A stretch of 55,598 nucleotides of DNA, from the IMG/VR virus record IMGVR_UViG_3300017433_000001, positions 1 through 55,598 of that record, one strand, 5' to 3'. The translations under genes were made by a program, and so were the position numbers. Positions 44,123-51,189 of this stretch are shown one piece after another (positions within the stretch are counted from its first letter, which is position 1; the number at the start of each line of letters is the position of its first letter). The stretch is from a virus. Under the pieces are notes generated by a model. It had not been told where the DNA came from. It ran no database searches and saw only the letters and a program-made list of their open reading frames with translations.

Positions 44123-44706
44123 GGTTGCTCCTTCGGGGAGAGGGTTGCAAGGAGGGACTGAGCAGCGCGGAGATCGCGGGCTCGGACCATTAGATTGACG
44201 ACGAAGTCATCTGGCCAAGCGGGACCGGGTGCACGCACCGCGAACGGCCTCAGTGCGGCCCCCAGCGCCTCCATCCCCTCCTTGAGGCGGGTGATCTCGG
44301 CTTCGGCGGCGCGGAGGGAGGCGCGAACCTCGGCCTGGATTTCCATCTCGGCATCTAGCGTGGCCTGGATGGCGTTGGCGCGAGCCTCTTCAGCATCGTG
44401 CCGGTCTTCCGCCTTCTCTGCGCCGATGACGATCAGATCCATCTTCGCTTTCAGGCTGGGCCAGCCGTCGCGCGAACCAGTCCATTCCTCGACCTCGGCA
44501 ACAGTCGCGACCGCCGCATCCCGCTCGGCGATGAGCGAGGCACGGTCTGCGGCGGCGAGGCCGGCGACGATCTCGCCGAAATCGATCAGCAACTCCTCGA
44601 TGACGGGCCGGTGGTAGCCGTATCGCTTTTGGAACTCAGCCAAAGCTTCGGCGACACAGGGCGCCAGCGCCTCGCGCGGGCCGTTCTGGTCTTCGGGGGC
44701 GGTCAT
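44119..44706 (-). CDS. Hypothetical coiled-coil protein (195 aa)
   Basis: Ala/Glu/Arg-rich helical sequence in a coupled gene chain. Confidence 0.65.
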   Translation of the reverse strand: MTAPEDQNGPREALAPCVAEALAEFQKRYGYHRPVIEELLIDFGEIVAGLAAADRASLIAERDAAVATVAEVEEWTGSRDGWPSLKAKMDLIVIGAEKAEDRHDAEEARANAIQATLDAEMEIQAEVRASLRAAEAEITRLKEGMEALGAALRPFAVRAPGPAWPDDFVVNLMVRARDLRAAQSLLATLSPKEQP

Positions 44707-45170
44707 GGGCGCCTCCCGGTCGCCACGTATCGCTGTGGTGGCACGGGCAGGGTCGCAGCTCGCTCACGGGCAGCGCGCCGCAACTCCCGCTCCCTCTTCT
44801 GATATGCGCGCTCGGCCTCGTCCGCCTCATCGAACATCGCCATCATGGCATCGCGGCGCTGCGGCCACGTCTGTTCGTCGCGGTCCTCGGCGCGGAAGGC
44901 GCCAAGGTGCTCGGCCGCCTCGTCCAGCATACCGCCGAACTGATACGTCTTCTCGTCCCAATTCAGCGCCGACGACAGATCGAGCGATGCCATGAAGCGT
45001 TCGCCGAACGCTTGGCAAGGCAGGCATTGCACGGCCGCAAAGAAGTCGCCGTCCGATGACCCTGCGATCCGGGCGTACCGCTCTCCGGCCTTAATTGTCG
45101 CCCCGCACTCGGGGCACGGGCGGGCCTTACGGGCTTTCGGCGTGGTGGTGGTCATGAAGTCACCCATCAC
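44703..45170 (-). CDS. Hypothetical zinc-ribbon protein (155 aa)
   Basis: CPECG...CLPC motif. ATGA overlaps. Confidence 0.65.
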   Translation of the reverse strand: MMGDFMTTTTPKARKARPCPECGATIKAGERYARIAGSSDGDFFAAVQCLPCQAFGERFMASLDLSSALNWDEKTYQFGGMLDEAAEHLGAFRAEDRDEQTWPQRRDAMMAMFDEADEAERAYQKRERELRRAARERAATLPVPPQRYVATGRRP

Positions 45171-46432
45171 GCCAGCCCTCCGTCAGCGGCCGGTGCGGCG
45201 GCGAGAGCGGCATCCCAGAGCTTCTGAGCCTGCGCGAGCGTCGGCACAGGCCACGTCGTTCGAAACAGATCGTCGGCCATCGCGTGGGTGATCTTGGTCG
45301 GCACCAGCACGAACCCGGACACCTCGTCTCCAGGCCGTGCCGCTGGGGCGGTGGAGAGGGCGGCGAGTTCGAACAGGCGGTCGCTGACGAAGCCCGATAT
45401 GAATTGTAGAGCCCCAGCGGCCTTGCTGTCGCCTTCGTCTACGCAGACCTGAGCGAGATCATCGGCCACCGCCTTCACAGCATTCAGCGCCTCCCCCACC
45501 CCTGCCGGCGTCTCGGCCTTGGGCGGTTGGGGGGCGAGTGCGGCGGCGGCTTTCTGTTCCGCGCGATCCCAGCCGACGCCATACAAGTCGCCATGATGCT
45601 CGCGAATGTACCGCCAGCCGGCGAGCATATCCGCCAGCGCCTCCCGCACCCCCGTCTCGTCTTCACCCACCGGGGCGGGTTCGTCATCCTCATCTGGCTC
45701 GGCCGGGCCTTTGATCTGGCATTGGTCCTGATCATGGCACCAGCCGTCGTGCGCGCAGTCTTCCCAGGCGTTGCACGATGAGGGCGGAAAGCCCGGCCCC
45801 CACTTGCTGCATCCGGTCCTGGGCGCCTCGTCCCCCACCCCGGCATCCGGCGTCTTGGGGTCTGCCGGGGTGGGGGCGATGTTGACCAGCGCCGCCTTCA
45901 CGGCCTCGGCCTGCTCCATCGTTGGAAAAATAAAAACACCCTCTCCGTCTTCAATGGACGCGAGGTCGCCTTGCTCCGCTGGTGCCACCAAATCGCCAAT
46001 CACCCCCGGTTCTCCGAGCACGTTCGCAATGAACACCGCCGGCCTTCCGTAGGCAGTGCCTGTATCGACCTTGAGCTTTCCGGCCCCGAACTCCCTGAGG
46101 AATGCGGGAGCTTTCTCCACCCCCGCCGCGACCGGCCCTTGTACTGCGGGTTGCGGGCTGGCGAGGGCGGCTTTCACCACGGCCTGCGCTCGCATGAGAT
46201 GCCAGCTACCCGGGCCTGCTGGGCAGCACTCACGAACTGTGCCGAGATACCCACCGACGAGTTCCAACGCCACCCGCAGGCCCGCCCCCTCGCCCTCGGG
46301 CGCGGTCAGCAGGAGCGCGGCGGCGGTGTTGAGGGCGGCCGTCGAAACGTGGTTCCAGCTATGGAGAACGCGCGCCTGCCGCAGCGCATCCGCGAGCTTC
46401 TGGCCGGCTTCGGAAAGAGTTTGGGTGGTCAT
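45167..46432 (-). CDS. Hypothetical multi-domain protein (421 aa) with central Cys/His/Trp cluster
   Basis: Long clean ORF. GCSKWGPGFPPSSCNAWEDCAHDGWCHDQDQC cluster. No family recognised. Confidence 0.75.
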   Translation of the reverse strand: MTTQTLSEAGQKLADALRQARVLHSWNHVSTAALNTAAALLLTAPEGEGAGLRVALELVGGYLGTVRECCPAGPGSWHLMRAQAVVKAALASPQPAVQGPVAAGVEKAPAFLREFGAGKLKVDTGTAYGRPAVFIANVLGEPGVIGDLVAPAEQGDLASIEDGEGVFIFPTMEQAEAVKAALVNIAPTPADPKTPDAGVGDEAPRTGCSKWGPGFPPSSCNAWEDCAHDGWCHDQDQCQIKGPAEPDEDDEPAPVGEDETGVREALADMLAGWRYIREHHGDLYGVGWDRAEQKAAAALAPQPPKAETPAGVGEALNAVKAVADDLAQVCVDEGDSKAAGALQFISGFVSDRLFELAALSTAPAARPGDEVSGFVLVPTKITHAMADDLFRTTWPVPTLAQAQKLWDAALAAAPAADGGLA

Positions 46433-46890
46433 GCGGAGACCTCCGTGCGAGCGGGGACAGGTTCGTCGGGCTGATTTTGATATTTGCCGTTGCCGTAACC
46501 GCGCTCGGGCGGCGCCATCATCTGGTGAAAGACGATCTGCGCGATGGGCTGGCCGGCTTTCAGGACGACTGGTCCAGGTGCGTGACAGACAATCTCAAGA
46601 GTGAGATGTCCTTTCCACGAGGGCTCAAGGCACGTGTTGAAGAGGCTGACGCCCTGGCGGGCCAGGGTGCTCTTATCGAGCACGAAAGCCATCACGTCGG
46701 CCGGAATGTCGAAGTGCTCAATTGTGGACGCAAGGCAGAACTCGCCTTGCTCAAGGGATCGGTCCTGCTTGATGCGGACATCGTATCCACCGTGGCTCAA
46801 GCCGAAGCTCAGACCGGTGTCGTGAACCGTGCGCTCCACGAACGGCGTCACGATCCCGCGTTCGCGGATCATCCAATCGGGGAGGATCAT
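46429..46890 (-). CDS. dcd: dCTP deaminase (dUTPase-fold)
   Basis: MILPDWMI...PF....GLSFGLSHGGYDVRI...LASTIEHFDIP...LDKSTLARQGV...EPSWKGHLTLEI...IAQIVF is a typical Dcd pattern. Confidence 0.85.
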   Translation of the reverse strand: MILPDWMIRERGIVTPFVERTVHDTGLSFGLSHGGYDVRIKQDRSLEQGEFCLASTIEHFDIPADVMAFVLDKSTLARQGVSLFNTCLEPSWKGHLTLEIVCHAPGPVVLKAGQPIAQIVFHQMMAPPERGYGNGKYQNQPDEPVPARTEVSA

Positions 46891-46997
46891 GCCGTCACCG
46901 CCAGAAAGAAGGCGACGGCCGGCACGCTGATGATGATCAGCGCACCAAGGGCCATGATAGCGATGGCGGTGAGGTCGAAGGATTCGGCGGGAGGCAT
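46887..46997 (-). CDS. 36-aa single-TM peptide (below the track cutoff)
   Basis: ATGA overlaps at both ends. Sequence MPPAESFDLTAIAIMALGALIIISVPAVAFFLAVTA. Confidence 0.45.
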   Translation of the reverse strand: MPPAESFDLTAIAIMALGALIIISVPAVAFFLAVTA

Positions 46998-47314
46998 CAC
47001 AGGCCCTCCGCGTCAGAAACCACCTTGAGAGCTTCGACGGCTAGATCGTGAAGGCTGACTAGAAGTGAGACGGTGTCTTTGCCGCCGGCCGAAACATTGA
47101 TCACCTTCTGAGCGAAGGTCATCAGCGCCTCATGATTGTTCACGGCGCGGACGATGAAGGCGGCGTTTTCGAAAGCTGCGTCAAACGACGGACCCATAAT
47201 ATCGTCTTCATGGGTCGCCGCGAACGCAACTACTCCGTTTTTCTGAGCTTCAATAGTGTATCTAAAGTTCGAAGAAAGACGCCAAGGCGTCGGAGTATGC
47301 TTCCCAGCCATCAC
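46997..47314 (-). CDS. Hypothetical protein (105 aa), lower GC
   Basis: Track ORF in a coupled chain. HTPTPWR N-terminal motif common in small phage proteins. Confidence 0.65.
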   Translation of the reverse strand: MMAGKHTPTPWRLSSNFRYTIEAQKNGVVAFAATHEDDIMGPSFDAAFENAAFIVRAVNNHEALMTFAQKVINVSAGGKDTVSLLVSLHDLAVEALKVVSDAEGL

Positions 47315-47547
47315 GCAACCCTCCGGATCTTAGGCTCGCCGCGCATCGCGAGGGACGCGGCCATGAGTTCGTCGGCGAGCACGCGGGCAGAGACGGCCTT
47401 GGCCTCGATCTGATCCGCGAAGGTGGACAGGTCGGCGTAGTGGGCGCACTCCGAAAGGATGCGTGGCTGGTCGAGAAGGGCGCCGAGAAGCGAAGCCACG
47501 ATGTTGCTGGCGTCGACGGCGCGCTGGATGGCGATGGTTTCCATCAC
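47311..47547 (-). CDS. Hypothetical protein (78 aa)
   Basis: ATGA overlaps on both sides. Confidence 0.6.
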   Translation of the reverse strand: MMETIAIQRAVDASNIVASLLGALLDQPRILSECAHYADLSTFADQIEAKAVSARVLADELMAASLAMRGEPKIRRVA

Positions 47548-48029
47548 GCCCTCCGCACGAGATCGGCAGCGGTCAGGCCGTGCTCTTCGAGGTCGGTCCG
47601 GGCCGAGAGGTCGGTCGCGGTGAGGCGGTGGAGGGCCGTGCGCATGACGTCGCCGGCATCGTCGATCAGCGTCATGTCCTGCTTGGCGCCCGCATCCAGA
47701 AGGATCTCCTGAATGCGGGCGAGCTGCACACCGGCCTGGGCGACACGCGAGTTCACGGAATTGATGGTGCGCAGGTCGACCCCGCGCAGGTTGCGGCGGG
47801 CCAGGCGCTCGATGATATCGGATTGGTCGATCAGAGCGTCGGTGAGGGCACGGGTCGCCGCGTTCATCTGCCCGATGCGAGCCTCAAGACGGCTCTGATC
47901 CGTCTCGATAGGCGCCTGGATCGGGGTGACGCTGGCCGTGGCGTACCGCGGCGGACGCCCGAGGCGCGCGTCGTTGCGCAGCGCCGCTTCGATGATCGGA
48001 TCGGGGGAGGTGAAAGGGGAGAAGACCAT
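47544..48029 (-). CDS. Hypothetical protein (161 aa)
   Basis: Track ORF in a coupled chain. Confidence 0.65.
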   Translation of the reverse strand: MVFSPFTSPDPIIEAALRNDARLGRPPRYATASVTPIQAPIETDQSRLEARIGQMNAATRALTDALIDQSDIIERLARRNLRGVDLRTINSVNSRVAQAGVQLARIQEILLDAGAKQDMTLIDDAGDVMRTALHRLTATDLSARTDLEEHGLTAADLVRRA

Positions 48030-48031
48030 GA

Positions 48032-48337
48032 TCAGGCGGCCTTCTCGAAACGAGCCGAGAAACGCGGGCTGAAATGATCGCCCAGGCGACCCGCCTCACG
48101 ATTCATGTGACGGGTGATGCCGCCGACGTCGTGAATGAAGTTGAAGTCGTCGGCGTCCAGAAGATCAGCCAGACGGATCGGCGTGCCGTTCAGGTGACAA
48201 GCGGCGAGATCCATGTGCGTCGAGGTGCGGTCGTCGCTCAGGCCGAGCTTGACGGCACGGGAGACGATCTCGGCGATGATCACGCCGTCATCGAAGCTGG
48301 TTGCGAATTTGATGTTGGCGGGCACTGGCGGCTCCAT
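48032..48337 (-). CDS. Hypothetical protein (101 aa), first gene of the leftward early operon
   Basis: ATG 48337 preferred, because the GTG at 48364 lies inside an operator box. Confidence 0.6.
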   Translation of the reverse strand: MEPPVPANIKFATSFDDGVIIAEIVSRAVKLGLSDDRTSTHMDLAACHLNGTPIRLADLLDADDFNFIHDVGGITRHMNREAGRLGDHFSPRFSARFEKAA

Positions 48338-48357
48338 CGGCTGGCGATGGGCATAAG

Positions 48358-48406
48358 TAAGCACGGCTTAATTTAAGGCGCAAGCGCTAATCGTAAGCGC
48401 AGCTTA
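48358..48406. promoter_or_regulatory. Leftward early operator pair (TAAGC-N3-GCTTA boxes)
   Basis: TAAGCACGGCTTA at 48358-48370 and TAAGCGCAGCTTA at 48394-48406. The same box recurs between the cI-like and cro-like genes. Confidence 0.45.
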
Positions 48407-48516
48407 TTTTTAGCCGTGCGCCCCTCAATCTCACGCTGTTGATAAGCCGAAAGGGGATGGACTCGGGATCGAAATGCCCTGATCAATGTTCGTTACAGAA
48501 CATAAAGGGAACAGAA

Positions 48517-48768
48517 ATGGGTGGCGCGAGGCTCGACGGGATGGACGACCTCGTGGCCCTTGGCGTCGGCTGTGAGAACTGCGGAAGAAAGAGACGACTG
48601 GCTAGGTCTCACATCGCAAGGCTGATTGGCCCCGGAATTCACACCGTAGAGCAGCTGGGGCAGCGCCTGAAGTGTCGCCCCTGCGCAGAGCGCGGGCTGG
48701 CCAGCAAAAACATCACCATTGTGCCGTACTATCGATGTGACGTGGCAGTCGCCGTAAAGGCGCTATGA
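48517..48768 (+). CDS. Small zinc-ribbon protein (83 aa) convergent with the repressor gene
   Basis: ATG 48517 after aaaggga. CENCG...CRPC motif. Overlaps the cI-like 3' end by 6 nt. Confidence 0.5.
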   Translation: MGGARLDGMDDLVALGVGCENCGRKRRLARSHIARLIGPGIHTVEQLGQRLKCRPCAERGLASKNITIVPYYRCDVAVAVKAL

Positions 48769-49515
48769 GATCCCAAGGGCCTCTTCCCAGGGGACGACGC
48801 GGTGCAAGCGCACCTCATCTCGCGCAAACTCTAAATCCTTGGGCGGATTGAACTGCTCCACGATAATTTTCGTGGGGGTACGAGCCTTCAACCTTTTAAG
48901 GAACGCCTTGCCAGGCTCGCCGGTCTCATCGGGTAGCATCTCCACCACGACATCGTCGCCGATCTGCGGCGCCCGGTTGGGATTGATGTAGAATGTCGCG
49001 TTGGGGCGCCACGCCGGGTACATGCTGTCGTTGCTAACCACCAGGGCGAAGAGGCCGCGGACGCCGGCCAAGGCCGGCGGACGGATCGCATAGTCGTTCT
49101 CCTGGCCGTTCATCTGGAAGTCGGCATCGTCGCCGCCGACCGCGATTCCACGAACCGGCACGTCCCTGGCGAGTCCTTGAAGGCTGGAAAAAGCTGGGGC
49201 GGTCGTGGCAAGCCGAACGCTCGCTTCCTGCCCCGGTCCTGGACGCAGTGAACTCCGGTTTGGGGAGTAGGCGACCGCCACCTTAGGGCCTGCGGATATC
49301 GAACGTCGAATGGCCTCGGCAAAAGGCGGGTCACTTAAAACGACGTTCAGCGATTCAGCGACCTTTAGGAGATTTTCGGGGGAGGGGGTCGTTGCCCCTG
49401 TTTCCCATTGTGAGATCGCGGGCGAGCTTACGCCCAACTGGCGGGCCAGATCGACCTTCTTCATCCCTCTCGCCATGCGCGCTTCACGCAGCGCGTCGCC
49501 AAGTTCGTTCGCCAT
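48763..49515 (-). CDS. cI: CI-like repressor: XRE HTH + S24 (LexA-like) autopeptidase domain
   Basis: KKVDLARQLGVSSPAISQWETG (HTH). VVSNDSMYPAW...DDVVVEM...FLKRLK (Ser/Lys dyad). ATG 49515; the track GTG at 49536 lies inside an operator. Confidence 0.9.
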   Translation of the reverse strand: MANELGDALREARMARGMKKVDLARQLGVSSPAISQWETGATTPSPENLLKVAESLNVVLSDPPFAEAIRRSISAGPKVAVAYSPNRSSLRPGPGQEASVRLATTAPAFSSLQGLARDVPVRGIAVGGDDADFQMNGQENDYAIRPPALAGVRGLFALVVSNDSMYPAWRPNATFYINPNRAPQIGDDVVVEMLPDETGEPGKAFLKRLKARTPTKIIVEQFNPPKDLEFARDEVRLHRVVPWEEALGIS

Positions 49516-49526
49516 GCGAAATCGAA

Positions 49527-49604
49527 TAAGCGTCACTTACTGACTTTCAAGCAAAGTCTCACTTGCGCACTTTCGTAAGCCGTGCTTATGATAAGCGCAT
49601 GAGC
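49527..49604. promoter_or_regulatory. Rightward operator cluster between the cI-like and cro-like genes
   Basis: TAAGCGTCACTTA (49527-49539), TAAGCCGTGCTTA (49576-49588, reverse complement of the 48358 box) and a weaker TAAGCGCATGAGC (49592-49604). Confidence 0.5.
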
Positions 49605-49832
49605 GAAGCAGCCCTTAAGAAAGCAATCGAATTGGCAGGCGGTCACGCCGCGCTTGCGCGGTCGCTGGGCATCAGTTCGGCGGCCATCAGCCAATGGCAG
49701 GCGTGCCCCCCGCTTCGTGTTCTGAAGGTCGAAGCAGCGTCCGGCGTCCCGCGCCACGAGCTTCGCCCTGATCTGTATCCGCCTCCGGTCGCCGACCATC
49801 TGCTTCCTCACGTGCAGAGCGCCCACGCATGA
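49599..49832 (+). CDS. cro: Cro-like / YdaS-family HTH regulator (77 aa)
   Basis: AIELAGGHAALARSLGISSAAISQWQ motif. Divergent from cI. Confidence 0.75.
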   Translation: MSEAALKKAIELAGGHAALARSLGISSAAISQWQACPPLRVLKVEAASGVPRHELRPDLYPPPVADHLLPHVQSAHA

Positions 49833-50023
49833 CTTCCCCCCATCCGCGCCCCGGCGCGTCCGAAGCCCTCCTGGGCAGTTCCTCCCGAGACTCCGGCGGT
49901 CGGCCTACGTCGACCGCCGCTTTTGAGGACGAGGATCGCGCCGAAGGTATCGACATCGCCTTGGCCCTAGCCGCCCTCGCGTGGCTCGCCCCGGTCGTCC
50001 TCTTCAATCTCTTGGTGGGCTGA
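49829..50023 (+). CDS. Hypothetical protein (64 aa) with C-terminal TM
   Basis: ATGA overlap with the cro stop. IALALAALAWLAPVVLFNLLV. Confidence 0.5.
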   Translation: MTSPHPRPGASEALLGSSSRDSGGRPTSTAAFEDEDRAEGIDIALALAALAWLAPVVLFNLLVG

Positions 50024-50024
50024 C

Positions 50025-50585
50025 ATGGTCGCCCCGCTGCCTGTTCGGGAATACGCCAGCGAAGCCGAGATGCGAGCGCGGTACGCGGCGCTGCATCGGG
50101 CGACCTTCGCGCATCGAGATGTCGAGGCCAAAGCCCCGGCATTTCAGGACCGGCCGGCAATCGCCCGAGATTTCGGTCCGATCCCGCCGCCAGATATCGA
50201 GGTGACGCGCGAGGCGTACCGTCAGGCGCAAGAGGCGATGGCCGAAGGACGTCGCGCTCATCTCGCGGATCGTAAGTCCCTCACCGATTGCCTGCGGATC
50301 ACATGCGCGGTGACTGGTTTTTCGGCTGACGACATCAAAGGCTCGCGTCGCTTTACCGATGTCGTCAAAGCCCGCCAAATCGCGATGTTTCTCATGGCAA
50401 GGCTCGGCAAGCGGTCTGCGCCCGAAACCGGCCGCTTCCTCGGTGGCCGCGACCACACAACAGTTTTGCATGGCGTTCGGCGCGTCGATGCCATCCTTCG
50501 CGCTCACCGGATCACGGATCTTTCCGATCCTCTCAAAATCGCCCAGCGGCTTTGGGAAGCCGACTGGACGGAGGCCGCGCGATGA
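50025..50585 (+). CDS. DnaA domain-IV (Bac_DnaA_C) DNA-binding protein, putative replication initiator or regulator
   Basis: DIKGSRRFTDVVKARQIAMFLMARLGKRSAPETGRFLGGRDHTTVLHGVRRV matches the DnaA C-terminal HTH signature. There is no AAA+ domain. Confidence 0.75.
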   Translation: MVAPLPVREYASEAEMRARYAALHRATFAHRDVEAKAPAFQDRPAIARDFGPIPPPDIEVTREAYRQAQEAMAEGRRAHLADRKSLTDCLRITCAVTGFSADDIKGSRRFTDVVKARQIAMFLMARLGKRSAPETGRFLGGRDHTTVLHGVRRVDAILRAHRITDLSDPLKIAQRLWEADWTEAAR

Positions 50586-50821
50586 TCGCGGCCCCCCATC
50601 AGAAGCAGTTCCAACTGTATTCCAGACCAATCCAGCGCGCCCTGGCAGGGGCAGATGCCGGATACCTTTCGTGTGTAGTCGATGCGTACCGGGCGGCTCG
50701 CTGCTCTACCTCCATCGCACATGCCGAACTCGCTCCCGCTGTCGATGAGCAATCGACCACGGAGCAACGGACATGGGCATCCACAAACCACGGACAAACC
50801 ATCCAGGAGAACGTGCCGTGA
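50582..50821 (+). CDS. Hypothetical protein (79 aa)
   Basis: ATGA overlap (M11 of ORF 50552..50821). Confidence 0.5.
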   Translation: MIAAPHQKQFQLYSRPIQRALAGADAGYLSCVVDAYRAARCSTSIAHAELAPAVDEQSTTEQRTWASTNHGQTIQENVP

Positions 50822-51189
50822 GCGCGTCCCTTTATCTTGATGGCGCCAAAAGCCTAGCTGAAGCCTGCCTTGCGCGTGAAGTCTCTCGCCATGGTGTCAA
50901 TCGTGAGATTGCCCGCAATCGCCTGGCAAGCCGCCTCGGGTGGCCGCCAGGGACGCTCTACAATCTTCTGAGGGACCGTCTGAAAAAGCTGGATGGCGAT
51001 CTTCGTGAGCAGCTTACCGCGTATGCGATCAAGGACCTGAAGCATGAAATCGAAGGTCTCACCCGCGAGTTGGAGAACGCTGAGCGCCTGGGCCGTTCGC
51101 AAGATCCGTCGCTGGTTTGCAAAGCGGCTGCGGTCTTAGCGGAAGCGCAATCCCTACATGCCCGCCTAGCAGGCGAGGTGGCGCGATGA
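50818..51189 (+). CDS. Hypothetical protein (123 aa)
   Basis: GTGA overlap, with aggaga 8 nt upstream. Confidence 0.55.
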   Translation: MSASLYLDGAKSLAEACLAREVSRHGVNREIARNRLASRLGWPPGTLYNLLRDRLKKLDGDLREQLTAYAIKDLKHEIEGLTRELENAERLGRSQDPSLVCKAAAVLAEAQSLHARLAGEVAR

